Positions 25,399 through 33,710 of a DNA stretch of 41,984 nt are shown one piece after another (the first letter of the stretch is position 1; every line of letters begins with the position of its first letter). The position numbers and the translations under genes are program-made. The stretch is from Candidatus Peribacteraceae bacterium (GTDB lineage: Bacteria; Patescibacteriota; Gracilibacteria; Peribacterales; Peribacteraceae): positions 1 to 41,984 of the forward strand of contig JABFSS010000104.1 in the NCBI GenBank assembly GCA_013140485.1, written 5' to 3'. Below the pieces are notes generated by a model that saw nothing but the letters and a program-made list of their open reading frames with translations, was not told the DNA's origin and did no database searches.

Positions 25399-26349
25399 AT
25401 GAATAAGAGCCCGGCATTCCAGTTCTATCCGAAGGACTGGCTCTCGGACGCCAATGTGGTGTCCATGACCAACGAGCAGAAAGGGATCTACATCACGTTG
25501 CTCTGTCACTGCTGGTTGGAGGGTTCCATTCCGTCCGACGTCAGTGCTTTGTCCAGGCTTTGTGGTGTTCAGGTTGACCGCATGAAGAAGCTCTGGCCCG
25601 AAATCGAGCGGTGTTTCAAGCAAAAAGGTGACGGGTTTATCCATTACCGGCTCGTTCAGGAAGGGCTAAAGCAGAAGCTCTGGCGTGAGAAAAGCTCCGC
25701 TGGGGGCATTCGGAGCGCCCGCATTCGAGCCGCTCGGGCGAAAGGGAGTCACACCGAAGAAGAATGGCTTTTTATGCTCTCAGTGATCGGGGAAGTATGC
25801 CCTAGATGTGGTTCAACCACCCTTGAACTCGTAAAGGACCATGTTGTTCCGGTGTACCAGGGGGGAAGCGATCAGCTCAACAATATCCAGCCGCTCTGTC
25901 GAAAGTGCAACGCGGAAAAAGGTCCGGAAGCCATTGACTGGATTAAAGATAAGCGTCTCCTGATTGCTTCAAGGGTGGTTCAACCAAATGGCAACACTCC
26001 AGTCTCCAGTCTTCAGTCTGCTGTTTCCAGTCTGCCTTCTCCAGATCGACTAAAGTCCCCAACCGACTTTTCAACAGGTCTCAAAGCCAACGGCAAAGAA
26101 TCCGAAAAGGTCAACGCCGCGCTGCGCCAGCTGGAATCCAAGTTGCAGGGGGATCCCAGCGTCATCCTTTCGAAATTCCTGATCGGCTTCAAAGACCAGC
26201 AACCCGGGCCGGAACACCTGGCTGAGGAATTCTCCCACTTGGTGAAGAAGATCACCGGCGCCCCCGGCGTCCGGAGCTGGAAGGCCTACGCATTGAAGGC
26301 GGTCGAGACGTACCACGCGGAACGGATTGCCAAGAGGGTCAACCCATGA
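25399..26349 (+). CDS. Replication initiator-like DUF1376/YdaU protein with an internal HNH domain
   Basis: PAFQFYPKDWLSD..GIYITLLC..W; CPRC..DHVVP..GGSD..NIQPLC..CN..KG; start 25393 or 25399. Confidence 0.8.
   Translation: MNKSPAFQFYPKDWLSDANVVSMTNEQKGIYITLLCHCWLEGSIPSDVSALSRLCGVQVDRMKKLWPEIERCFKQKGDGFIHYRLVQEGLKQKLWREKSSAGGIRSARIRAARAKGSHTEEEWLFMLSVIGEVCPRCGSTTLELVKDHVVPVYQGGSDQLNNIQPLCRKCNAEKGPEAIDWIKDKRLLIASRVVQPNGNTPVSSLQSAVSSLPSPDRLKSPTDFSTGLKANGKESEKVNAALRQLESKLQGDPSVILSKFLIGFKDQQPGPEHLAEEFSHLVKKITGAPGVRSWKAYALKAVETYHAERIAKRVNP
25998..26046 (+). repeat. 7-bp tandem repeats (TCCAGTC consensus), candidate origin iterons
   Basis: TCCAGTC TCCAGTC TTCAGTC TGCTGTT TCCAGTC TGCCTTC TCCAGAT inside the initiator gene linker. 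Confidence 0.55.
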
Positions 26350-26660
26350 GCGCGACACAGACGTCCCGGGAAGCCTACCGGGGCATTCGGGAAAAGCTGG
26401 GCCGCCGGCAGCTGATGGTGCTGGAGGTGATCGAGCGCCACCCGGCCGGCATCACCAATCTGGAGATCTGCCGGGAGCTGGGCTGGCCGATCAACTGCGT
26501 CACCGGCCGCGTGTTCGAGCTGCGGACCGCGGGGCTGGTGGGCAAGCACGGCCGCCGGGAATGCCGGATCTCCCGCAACAACGCCACGACCTGGGCACGG
26601 GTGCAGGACAAGCAGCTGGACCTGTTCGGGTTCCCGCCGGCCCAAACGAGGGCCGCGTGA
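26346..26660 (+). CDS. Winged-HTH protein
   Basis: T..EI..ELGWPINCVTGRVFEL...GLV. Confidence 0.8.
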   Translation: MSATQTSREAYRGIREKLGRRQLMVLEVIERHPAGITNLEICRELGWPINCVTGRVFELRTAGLVGKHGRRECRISRNNATTWARVQDKQLDLFGFPPAQTRAA

Positions 26661-26935
26661 TGGACGCGTTCAACTTGAACGCCGATAAGGTCCGCAAGGT
26701 CATGGAGGAAATCGGCTGGATGGGCATCTTCTGGAAGAACGTTCGGATCTGCATCCAGAAGCGCTCGGTTCCGGACCGGGGCGAGTACGTCCTGCAGATC
26801 TACTCGATCGGGCCGGTCCCGATTTCGGTGGACCAGCAGGCCGGCTTCCCCCGCTATTTCTTCGACCTGAACAACCTGATCGCGGAGCTGCGGGCTTGGC
26901 TGGAAAAGCGGGAGGCCTCATGCGCACAGGGTTGA
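26660..26935 (+). CDS. Hypothetical protein
   Basis: TGATG coupling. Confidence 0.65.
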   Translation: MDAFNLNADKVRKVMEEIGWMGIFWKNVRICIQKRSVPDRGEYVLQIYSIGPVPISVDQQAGFPRYFFDLNNLIAELRAWLEKREASCAQG

Positions 26936-27366
26936 TCGGCCTGGTTTGCGGCGTGATCTCGTTCTGCAACTGCTTGACCGCTTACGCGGAATACAACCCA
27001 CAAAAGGAGGATCTATACGTTGCCGTCATCGTCACCGAAGCGGCCGGCGAGAGCTTCCAAGGCAAAGTCGCCGTTGCCGAAGTCTTACGAAATCGAAACT
27101 GGCGGACCCGGGGATTCGTCGGCCTCCGCCGGCCGGACCTGCGCCGGTTCCTTGCAGCTGAATCTGTGTCCCGGCGTCACGCCCGCCGCGCGATCCGCGC
27201 TGTGCGAAATGGCTCTCAGGTTTGCCGAGGGGCAACCCACTACGAGAACGTCCAAACCTTCGGATGGCCGAAGGATTGGGACCGGCGGCGGATGAAGTTC
27301 CTGGTCAAGATCGGCCAGCACTCCTTTTATCGGGAACACCCCAGGAGGGCATATGCAAGGAATTGA
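26920..27366 (+). CDS. SleB-like cell wall hydrolase (Hydrolase_2) with N-terminal signal/TM
   Basis: EAAGES..GKVAVAEVLRNR, GATHY, KIGQHSFY. Confidence 0.85.
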   Translation: MRTGLIGLVCGVISFCNCLTAYAEYNPQKEDLYVAVIVTEAAGESFQGKVAVAEVLRNRNWRTRGFVGLRRPDLRRFLAAESVSRRHARRAIRAVRNGSQVCRGATHYENVQTFGWPKDWDRRRMKFLVKIGQHSFYREHPRRAYARN

Positions 27367-27526
27367 CCGTTGCCGGGTCTGCGGATTGCCGACGGTCCAT
27401 GATCCGATCGACGAAACGAGCAACTGCACCGGGGGCCACCTGCTAACCCCGAACAAACAAGAGCATGCCGGCGCCAAGCTGGCAGAAGAAGAAACGCAAA
27501 CCGAAAAAGGGAGGAAAGACGCATGA
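27353..27526 (+). CDS. Small CxxC protein (57 aa, not in the ORF track)
   Basis: RBS AGGAGG, MQGIDRCRVCGLP..., ATGA coupling to the next gene. Confidence 0.55.
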   Translation: MQGIDRCRVCGLPTVHDPIDETSNCTGGHLLTPNKQEHAGAKLAEEETQTEKGRKDA

Positions 27527-27993
27527 AGAAGCTGATGGTTGGACTGCTGGCGCTGGCTCTGCTGGTCGCGCCGGCCGGAGGGGCGCGGGCGGAGGATTCG
27601 AAGGAGGAAGTTGACGCCGCGTTGCACACGTTGCTGGTCGCCGGAGTTCCGGTTTACCTGGCCGCCGTCTCGGGCCAAGCGGGTGCCGCCGCATTCCAGG
27701 AGCTTACCGCTTTCTGGTTCGTGCCATACGGCATCCTGGTGGGCAGCTACATCGAATGGACCACGGACCCCGAGCGGACCGGCCGCGGCTACGACTACCA
27801 CGGTCAGGAATGGGACGGCTCCGAGGACCGCAAGTGGGAGGATCGCCCAGTCGCGGAAGGGCAGCGGCGCTCCCGCTGGAAGTGGAAGAAGGCGTATCCG
27901 ACCAAGGGAATGCTGGTGAAGGCCAAGCCCACCGGAACGCGGAAGTTTGAGGTCCGCGGCCAGGGTGGCTTGATCGAACGGATCGGTTCGTAA
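27523..27993 (+). CDS. Secreted/membrane hypothetical protein
   Basis: MKKLMVGLLALALLVAPAGGARA signal peptide; RBS GGAGG. Confidence 0.7.
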   Translation: MKKLMVGLLALALLVAPAGGARAEDSKEEVDAALHTLLVAGVPVYLAAVSGQAGAAAFQELTAFWFVPYGILVGSYIEWTTDPERTGRGYDYHGQEWDGSEDRKWEDRPVAEGQRRSRWKWKKAYPTKGMLVKAKPTGTRKFEVRGQGGLIERIGS

Positions 27994-28157
27994 GCATCTA
28001 TGACCCGCAGGGAGCGGACAGCAGATCACATGGCGATTCGAAGGGGAAGCCGGGCCCAACTGGCCGGGCGGAAACAGAGAGGATCCATTGATCAACATGG
28101 GCAAGCAGCTGCTGTCGGCGGAGATCTGCGGGGGGCTTGCCCACCTCTTTGACTCAC

Positions 28158-28229
28158 AGCGGGGTGGAGAAGTGGTATCTCGCCGGGCCCATATCCCGGA
28201 GATCGCAGGTCCGATTCCTGCCCCCGCCA
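28158..28229 (+). tRNA. Initiator-type tRNA-Met(CAT), atypical
   Basis: Full cloverleaf; 1:72 mismatch; three G-C pairs in the anticodon stem; C33, T38 and T-loop TCCGATT; no encoded CCA. Confidence 0.78.
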
Positions 28230-28281
28230 CTCTTTTTGAAGTTACGGCAGAACGCAGAAGTTAAACCTGGGAGAACAAACA

Positions 28282-29730
28282 ATGTCTGGAACTAACACGA
28301 TCGAAATGGTGCATCTGGAAATCAGCAAGGTAACTCCGTCGAAGACAAATCCGCGAAAAAACTTTGATGCGGCCGCGTTGCAGGAGCTCTCCATCAGCGT
28401 GAAGAAGCACGGCATCCTGCAGCCGATCCTGGTGCGGCCGCTCAACGGATCCGGCACGTTCGAGATTGTCGCCGGTGAGCGCCGCTTCCGCGCAGCCAAG
28501 GCCGCCGAGCTGAAGGAGATCCCGGCTACGGTCCGGGAGCTCTCTGATCAGGCGGTTCTGGAGATTCAGGTGATCGAGAACCTGCAGCGCGAGGATCTCC
28601 ACCCGATGGAAGAAGCCGAGGGTTACCGGCAGCTGATCGCCATACGGCCGAAGGGAGAGGCCCCCTACGATGCCGCGCGAATTGCCGAGCGCATCGGCCG
28701 GTCCGTGAAGTACGTCTACGATCGGATCAAGCTGCTTAACCTGATCGAGCCGTTACGGAAGGAGTTTTCAGAAGACAAGATCACGGCCGGCCACGCGATC
28801 CTGCTGGCCCGGCTTTCAGCGAAGGATCAGAAGCTGGTTCACGATCGCGGGCTCTATCAGCACGAGCACGCGCATTTCAAGGAAATCGTCGCAGACTCCG
28901 ATGGAAAGAAAGCGGTCAGCGTCCGAGAGCTGCAGCAGTTCATCGACGAACACTGCCGTTTTGTTCCGGAGCGCGACGTCGACCCGATGCTCTTTCCTGA
29001 GACGACGGCCCTGCTGAAATCGGCCGATCCTAAAAAGAAGTCGGACAAGATCGTCGCCATCAGCCTGGGCTACGTGCAGGATACGGCCCGGACCGGCGGC
29101 GAGAAGCACGTCTCCCCGCTGTCGTGGAAGCGGGCCGACGGCAAGCAAGGCTCGAAGCCGTGCGATTTCTCCGTGATCGGCGTCGTGGTCGCCGGCGAGA
29201 ACCGCGCGAAGGCCTTTCGGGTATGCCTGCAGAAGGAGAAATGCAAAACCCACTGGGCGGAGTGGCAACGCGCGCGCGCGAAGAATCGCGGCCAAACCGG
29301 CCCCCTGCCGGCAGGGGTGAGCGTTTCCGAGAACGCCCGGAAAGAGAAAGAGCGTATCGAGGAGGAACGCCGAAAAGAGCAGCTGGAGCAGGAGCGGTTC
29401 AATCGGGCACTCCCCGAGATCCTCAAGGCGCTTGCGGAGGCTGTCAAGAAAGCTCCCATTCCGCAGGTGGGGAAAAAGATTGTCGAAGCAATCAGCCGGT
29501 TCTATCTCTCCGGAGATCTCAAGGCTGCCATGAAGTTCTACGTGCCGGGCAAGAGCGCGGAAGAAATGCTCCGCCACGCCATGTATGTCTCGCTGCTGTA
29601 CTCCTTCGACGACGAAGGGGAGACCGAGATCGAAACGCAATGCAAGGCCTTCGGGGTGGACATGAAGGCCGTCATCGATCGGGTCACGCCAGTGCAGACG
29701 TCTGCACCCAAAGCGGGAAAGAAGACGTGA
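28282..29730 (+). CDS. parB: ParB/RepB/Spo0J family protein with C-terminal extension
   Basis: NPRK.F, GILQPILVR, IVAGERRFRAA, ENLQREDL.PMEEA, HTH. Confidence 0.93.
   Translation: MSGTNTIEMVHLEISKVTPSKTNPRKNFDAAALQELSISVKKHGILQPILVRPLNGSGTFEIVAGERRFRAAKAAELKEIPATVRELSDQAVLEIQVIENLQREDLHPMEEAEGYRQLIAIRPKGEAPYDAARIAERIGRSVKYVYDRIKLLNLIEPLRKEFSEDKITAGHAILLARLSAKDQKLVHDRGLYQHEHAHFKEIVADSDGKKAVSVRELQQFIDEHCRFVPERDVDPMLFPETTALLKSADPKKKSDKIVAISLGYVQDTARTGGEKHVSPLSWKRADGKQGSKPCDFSVIGVVVAGENRAKAFRVCLQKEKCKTHWAEWQRARAKNRGQTGPLPAGVSVSENARKEKERIEEERRKEQLEQERFNRALPEILKALAEAVKKAPIPQVGKKIVEAISRFYLSGDLKAAMKFYVPGKSAEEMLRHAMYVSLLYSFDDEGETEIETQCKAFGVDMKAVIDRVTPVQTSAPKAGKKT
29692..29707. promoter_or_regulatory. 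16-bp palindrome GTGCAGACGTCTGCAC (parS-like site 2) within the parB 3' end
   Basis: Exact copy of 18839-18854. Confidence 0.6.
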
Positions 29731-30173
29731 AGCGCCGCCTTCGCTGCTGCTGCCGGTTGGATGGTGGGAAGGGAACGCCGATCGTGGAGGTCAACGCGAA
29801 CTGCAAGAAGCACGGCGGCATGACCGTCGAACAGGCCAACGCCAAGCTGGTGCGCCGCCGGCGGGCCGCGGCGGAGGCGGAACCGGCCGCCACGACGCCG
29901 GAGCAGGCGATCGCCGGATCACTCCGCGCGATGGCGGATTACATCGAAGCGGAGGCGGAAGCCCGCGGCCGGCTGATCGTGGCCATGAAGTCGCTGCGGT
30001 TGGACAACATCAAGCTGGTGGGCGAGGTCCGGCGGCTGCGGGATCAGGATCCTCCCGCGCCGGCCGGACCTCCGCGCAAGCGCTGCACCGGCTGCCACGC
30101 TGAGAAGGGGATCGTCAGCCAAGCGCTTCCGGATTGCCCGGTCCATGGCGCGGCGTCAGAGAGGGAAAGCTGA
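29727..30173 (+). CDS. Cys-rich hypothetical protein
   Basis: GTGA coupling; two Cys/His clusters (C..HG). Confidence 0.6.
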   Translation: MKRRLRCCCRLDGGKGTPIVEVNANCKKHGGMTVEQANAKLVRRRRAAAEAEPAATTPEQAIAGSLRAMADYIEAEAEARGRLIVAMKSLRLDNIKLVGEVRRLRDQDPPAPAGPPRKRCTGCHAEKGIVSQALPDCPVHGAASERES

Positions 30174-30535
30174 TGCGCGTCAACGTCTACGCGGAGGAAA
30201 TGACCGCCCGGATCCAGATCATTTGCAAGGTGATTGACGGACAGGTTTTTACCGGGGTCCGTTTTTATCTTGGGTTCCCTTTCGTTCATCGAAAGGGTGA
30301 CGACGATTCGAGCGCGGTGACCTTTTGGGGGAAGAAGGATCTCCGCTGCCAGTTGAAAAAAGCGCTCAAGCTGCTGGACCGGCACTACTCCAAGAAGCCG
30401 CGGCCGGGTACGTGCAGGTTTTGCGGCTGTCAGGAATTCACGCCCTGCCTTAGTCTGCCGGGGGCTATCCCCTGTGGATGGGCCGATAAGAAACGGACGA
30501 TCTGCACTCGATGTGCGGTAGCGAAGCGATCATGA
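30173..30535 (+). CDS. Hypothetical protein with C-terminal Cys cluster
   Basis: TGATG coupling; CRFCGC...C...C..C. Confidence 0.65.
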   Translation: MRVNVYAEEMTARIQIICKVIDGQVFTGVRFYLGFPFVHRKGDDDSSAVTFWGKKDLRCQLKKALKLLDRHYSKKPRPGTCRFCGCQEFTPCLSLPGAIPCGWADKKRTICTRCAVAKRS

Positions 30536-30780
30536 GCGACCCCCAGCCATCCGACAGAAAGCACCACGCCGAGCAGTTGGTGAAGATCGCGGATCTGATG
30601 GAGCAATCTGCCGACGACAACAGCCCCGATGGCCGGGCTTTCATGAGAGAGCTTCGGGCAGATTATAGGGCTCACGCCGAGGCGATGGGCATCGACATGG
30701 ACAGGACGCTTCCGAAGCTGAAGATGAAACCGCACCCGCTGTACGCCGCCTACCGCCGAGCTTGCAGGAAAAAACGATGA
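30532..30780 (+). CDS. Hypothetical protein
   Basis: ATGA coupling. Confidence 0.6.
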   Translation: MSDPQPSDRKHHAEQLVKIADLMEQSADDNSPDGRAFMRELRADYRAHAEAMGIDMDRTLPKLKMKPHPLYAAYRRACRKKR

Positions 30781-30923
30781 GCGATCGCAGCCCGGAGATT
30801 GACTGCAACTGCGATCGGCGCGCGGCCGCAGGCCGTGATGAGCGCGGCGACTACGAACGGTGCATTGACTGCGGCCGGAAATACCTGGTCACGAATGACG
30901 ACTTGGTTTTTGTGGAGGAGTGA
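30777..30923 (+). CDS. Small Zn-ribbon-like protein (48 aa, not in the ORF track)
   Basis: MSDRSPEIDCNC...RCIDCGRKY; coupled on both sides. Confidence 0.55.
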   Translation: MSDRSPEIDCNCDRRAAAGRDERGDYERCIDCGRKYLVTNDDLVFVEE

Positions 30924-31105
30924 TGACGTCGCCCCCGGTATTCGAGATCGGCCAGCGCGTGAAGATCAAGGAGTTGAAGCGGGCGGGTCGGCTTGTCGGA
31001 CTGTTCAGCGATGGAGCGAATTGGCAGTACCAGGTTCGATATTTTGACGAGGCAAAAGCGCAGACCATTTATTTTTTTGCAGACGAATTGGAGGCAGAAT
31101 CGTGA
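30920..31105 (+). CDS. Small SH3-like hypothetical protein
   Basis: FEIGQRVKI...G.....YQVRY......F..DEL; RBS GGAGG. Confidence 0.7.
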   Translation: MMTSPPVFEIGQRVKIKELKRAGRLVGLFSDGANWQYQVRYFDEAKAQTIYFFADELEAES

Positions 31106-32778
31106 CGAAGCAGCTTTCAATTGGCCACACCGTGGGGACCCACAAGCCGTTCACCCTGCCGATCAACTCCATCACGCACACCAACGCGATCCTGGCGATC
31201 CGAGGCGTCGGCAAGACGCATGGCGCGTCCGTGATGGCGGAGGAAATGCTGGAGCAGCAGCTCCCGATCGTGGTCTACGACCCGACCGGCGCATGGTGGG
31301 GCCTGAAATCCTCGGCCGATGGTAAGAAGGCTGGCTACTCGATCGTCGTCTTTGGCGGGGAGCATGCGGACGTCCCGCTCGAGGAAACCGCCGGCGAGAC
31401 CATTGCCACGGCGATCGTGGAGAACCGGATCCCGGCGATCCTCGATTGCTCCCTCATGCGCAAGGCGGCGCGGATCCGCTTCATGACGGATTTCTGCGAA
31501 ACGCTCTACCACAAGAACCGGGAGCCGATTCACTTCTTCATGGACGAGGCGCACACGATCGCGCCGCAGAACGTCCGGACGATGCCGGAAGCCGCCCGGC
31601 TCCTGGGCGCGATCGAGGACATTGTCCTGCAGGGCCGCAAGCGCGGGCTGGGCCTGACCGTAATCAGCCAGCGGCCGGCGCTGCTGAACACGAACGTCCG
31701 CAGCCAGTGCGAAACCCTGTTCGCCATGCGGATCATCGGGCCCCACGACCGCAAGGCGATCGAGGAATGGATCGACGCGCACGGCACGGAGGCGGAGGCC
31801 AAGCAGCTGCTGACCAGCCTGCCGGCGCTTCCGATCGGCGACGCCTGGGCGTGGAACCCCGCGGCGGATCTATTCGCCCGGATCCACTTCCGAAAGCGCA
31901 ACACCTTCAACTCCAGCGCCACGCCGGAAGTCGGCCAGCACGTCGCCGGTCCCAAGAAGATGGCCGAGGTGGACCTGGACAAGCTGGGGCAGGCGATCAA
32001 GGCGACTGTCGAGAAGGCCAAGGCGGAGAACCCAAAGGAGCTGCGCAAGCGGATCCAGGAGCTGGAACGGCAGATCCCGGCGGTGCCCGCCAAACCGGCC
32101 GGAAAGGTCTGCGGGCCGGAGTGTAAGGCGGTCCGGGCCGCTCTGGCGGTCCACCAAAAGGCCGTGCAGACGGCGTTCCGGACCCTGGCACCGATCGCTG
32201 AGAAGCCGCCCACCCTGATCCAAGGCGGGCTTGGGCCGGTGTCGCTGACCATCACGAAGCCGCCGCCAGTCACGTCACCGCCGCATCGCCCGCCGCCGGC
32301 CGGAGATATTCCTACACTTGGGAAAGCCGAGAAGCGCGTCCTCCAGGCTCTTTACTGGCTCCAGTCCGAGAAAGCGACCCCGGCCAAGGTTGCCTTCTAT
32401 GCCGGTTATTCAGTCAACGGCGGTGGATTTGGCAACGCGATTGGACGCCTTCGAACCCTGGGATTTGCCAAGGGGTGGCAGATCACTGCTGAAGGTGCCG
32501 CTTTCGGGGATCGTTCCGGCGTCGAGCCGAAACCGACCGGGGCCGAGGTCCGCGAATGGCTCCGTCCAAAACTGAGTAAAGCTGAAAATCTCATCCTGGA
32601 TGCTCTCGTGAAGAATTACCCGAACCGGATGACGATGGAAGATCTGGCGGCCGCCAGTGGGTATTCGGCGCAGGGCGGTGGATTTGGAAACGCTGTGGGC
32701 CGACTCCGGACCCTCGAAGCTGCCGAAGGGTATGACCGTGATGGAGGGGTCAAAGCCTCGGAGGTTTTCTTCGAATGA
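31102..32778 (+). CDS. HerA/FtsK-like (DUF87) ATPase with tandem C-terminal wHTH-like repeats
   Basis: AIRGVGKT Walker A, FFMDEAH Walker B, GRKRGLG..ISQRP; GYS..GGGFGNA.GRLRTL twice. Confidence 0.85.
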   Translation: MTKQLSIGHTVGTHKPFTLPINSITHTNAILAIRGVGKTHGASVMAEEMLEQQLPIVVYDPTGAWWGLKSSADGKKAGYSIVVFGGEHADVPLEETAGETIATAIVENRIPAILDCSLMRKAARIRFMTDFCETLYHKNREPIHFFMDEAHTIAPQNVRTMPEAARLLGAIEDIVLQGRKRGLGLTVISQRPALLNTNVRSQCETLFAMRIIGPHDRKAIEEWIDAHGTEAEAKQLLTSLPALPIGDAWAWNPAADLFARIHFRKRNTFNSSATPEVGQHVAGPKKMAEVDLDKLGQAIKATVEKAKAENPKELRKRIQELERQIPAVPAKPAGKVCGPECKAVRAALAVHQKAVQTAFRTLAPIAEKPPTLIQGGLGPVSLTITKPPPVTSPPHRPPPAGDIPTLGKAEKRVLQALYWLQSEKATPAKVAFYAGYSVNGGGFGNAIGRLRTLGFAKGWQITAEGAAFGDRSGVEPKPTGAEVREWLRPKLSKAENLILDALVKNYPNRMTMEDLAAASGYSAQGGGFGNAVGRLRTLEAAEGYDRDGGVKASEVFFE

Positions 32779-33710
32779 GCGCCCATACCAAGAAAGAATT
32801 GCTCGGGCTGAAACCTGACCAGCTCCTGACCCATCCGCGCAACATGCGGCGTTTTTATCCTGCTGAGAGCGTCCGGGAAATGGCGAATTCCATTGCGGCT
32901 TCGAACGGCGTGATCGAACCGCTGATCGTCACCAAGGATCCAGCCGGCCAGAAGTGGCTCGTCGTGGACGGCAACATGCGCCTCGCCGGCGCCCGCCTGC
33001 TGGGGAACAAATGCCCGCCGCTCGATTGCAAGCTCGTGGAGCAGGCCGCGGCGGATCAGTTGCTGACCATGGTGATCGCAAACCAGGTCCGCTACGACGT
33101 GGACCCGGTGAGCGAAGGGCTCCATTACAAGGCGCTGCAGGAGGCCGAAGGCCTGAGCATTCGCGAAATCTCCAAACGCACCGGCGTCTACGAGGTGCGT
33201 ATCTCAAACCGCCGCGTGCTGGCGGATCTCGATGAGCCGATCCAGAAGCTGATAGCCGATGGAAAGCTGCATGCGGATCCGCGCGTGGCGCGCGCTCTGC
33301 TGCAGCTGACTCCAGCGGTACGCGTCAAGCTAGCGTGCCGGCTGGCTGAAAATCCGAATATCAAGATCGCCACGATCGTGAACGCCTGCGAACGGCTCCT
33401 CGAGGACAAGAAACCGGCCAAGAAGTTGAAGCGGCCGGCCGTGGAGCTCTCCGGGGCCTTGCACGCTTCCGGCGCCGCAGCGGCGAAGAGTATTCGCGCA
33501 GCCGCGAAGGAAATGTGTCACCGCTGCAACCAGGTGGAGGACAAGCTGCGGGAAGGGGACGAGCCGGCCTGGTCGATGGTGGTCCACGCGGCGGATGACA
33601 ACTGCAGCCACTGCCCGTTGAAAGACATGCAGAAGATCTGTTCTCAGTGTCCGGCGGTAACTCTTCTCCGCCGCCTGGTCGATTCCAAAGGAAACGGGAA
33701 TGGCCGATAA
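32775..33710 (+). CDS. Second ParB-like protein with HTH and C-terminal Cys cluster
   Basis: HPRNMR, GVIEPLIV, VVDGNMRL; C..C...C..C...C..C tail. Confidence 0.85.
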   Translation: MSAHTKKELLGLKPDQLLTHPRNMRRFYPAESVREMANSIAASNGVIEPLIVTKDPAGQKWLVVDGNMRLAGARLLGNKCPPLDCKLVEQAAADQLLTMVIANQVRYDVDPVSEGLHYKALQEAEGLSIREISKRTGVYEVRISNRRVLADLDEPIQKLIADGKLHADPRVARALLQLTPAVRVKLACRLAENPNIKIATIVNACERLLEDKKPAKKLKRPAVELSGALHASGAAAAKSIRAAAKEMCHRCNQVEDKLREGDEPAWSMVVHAADDNCSHCPLKDMQKICSQCPAVTLLRRLVDSKGNGNGR

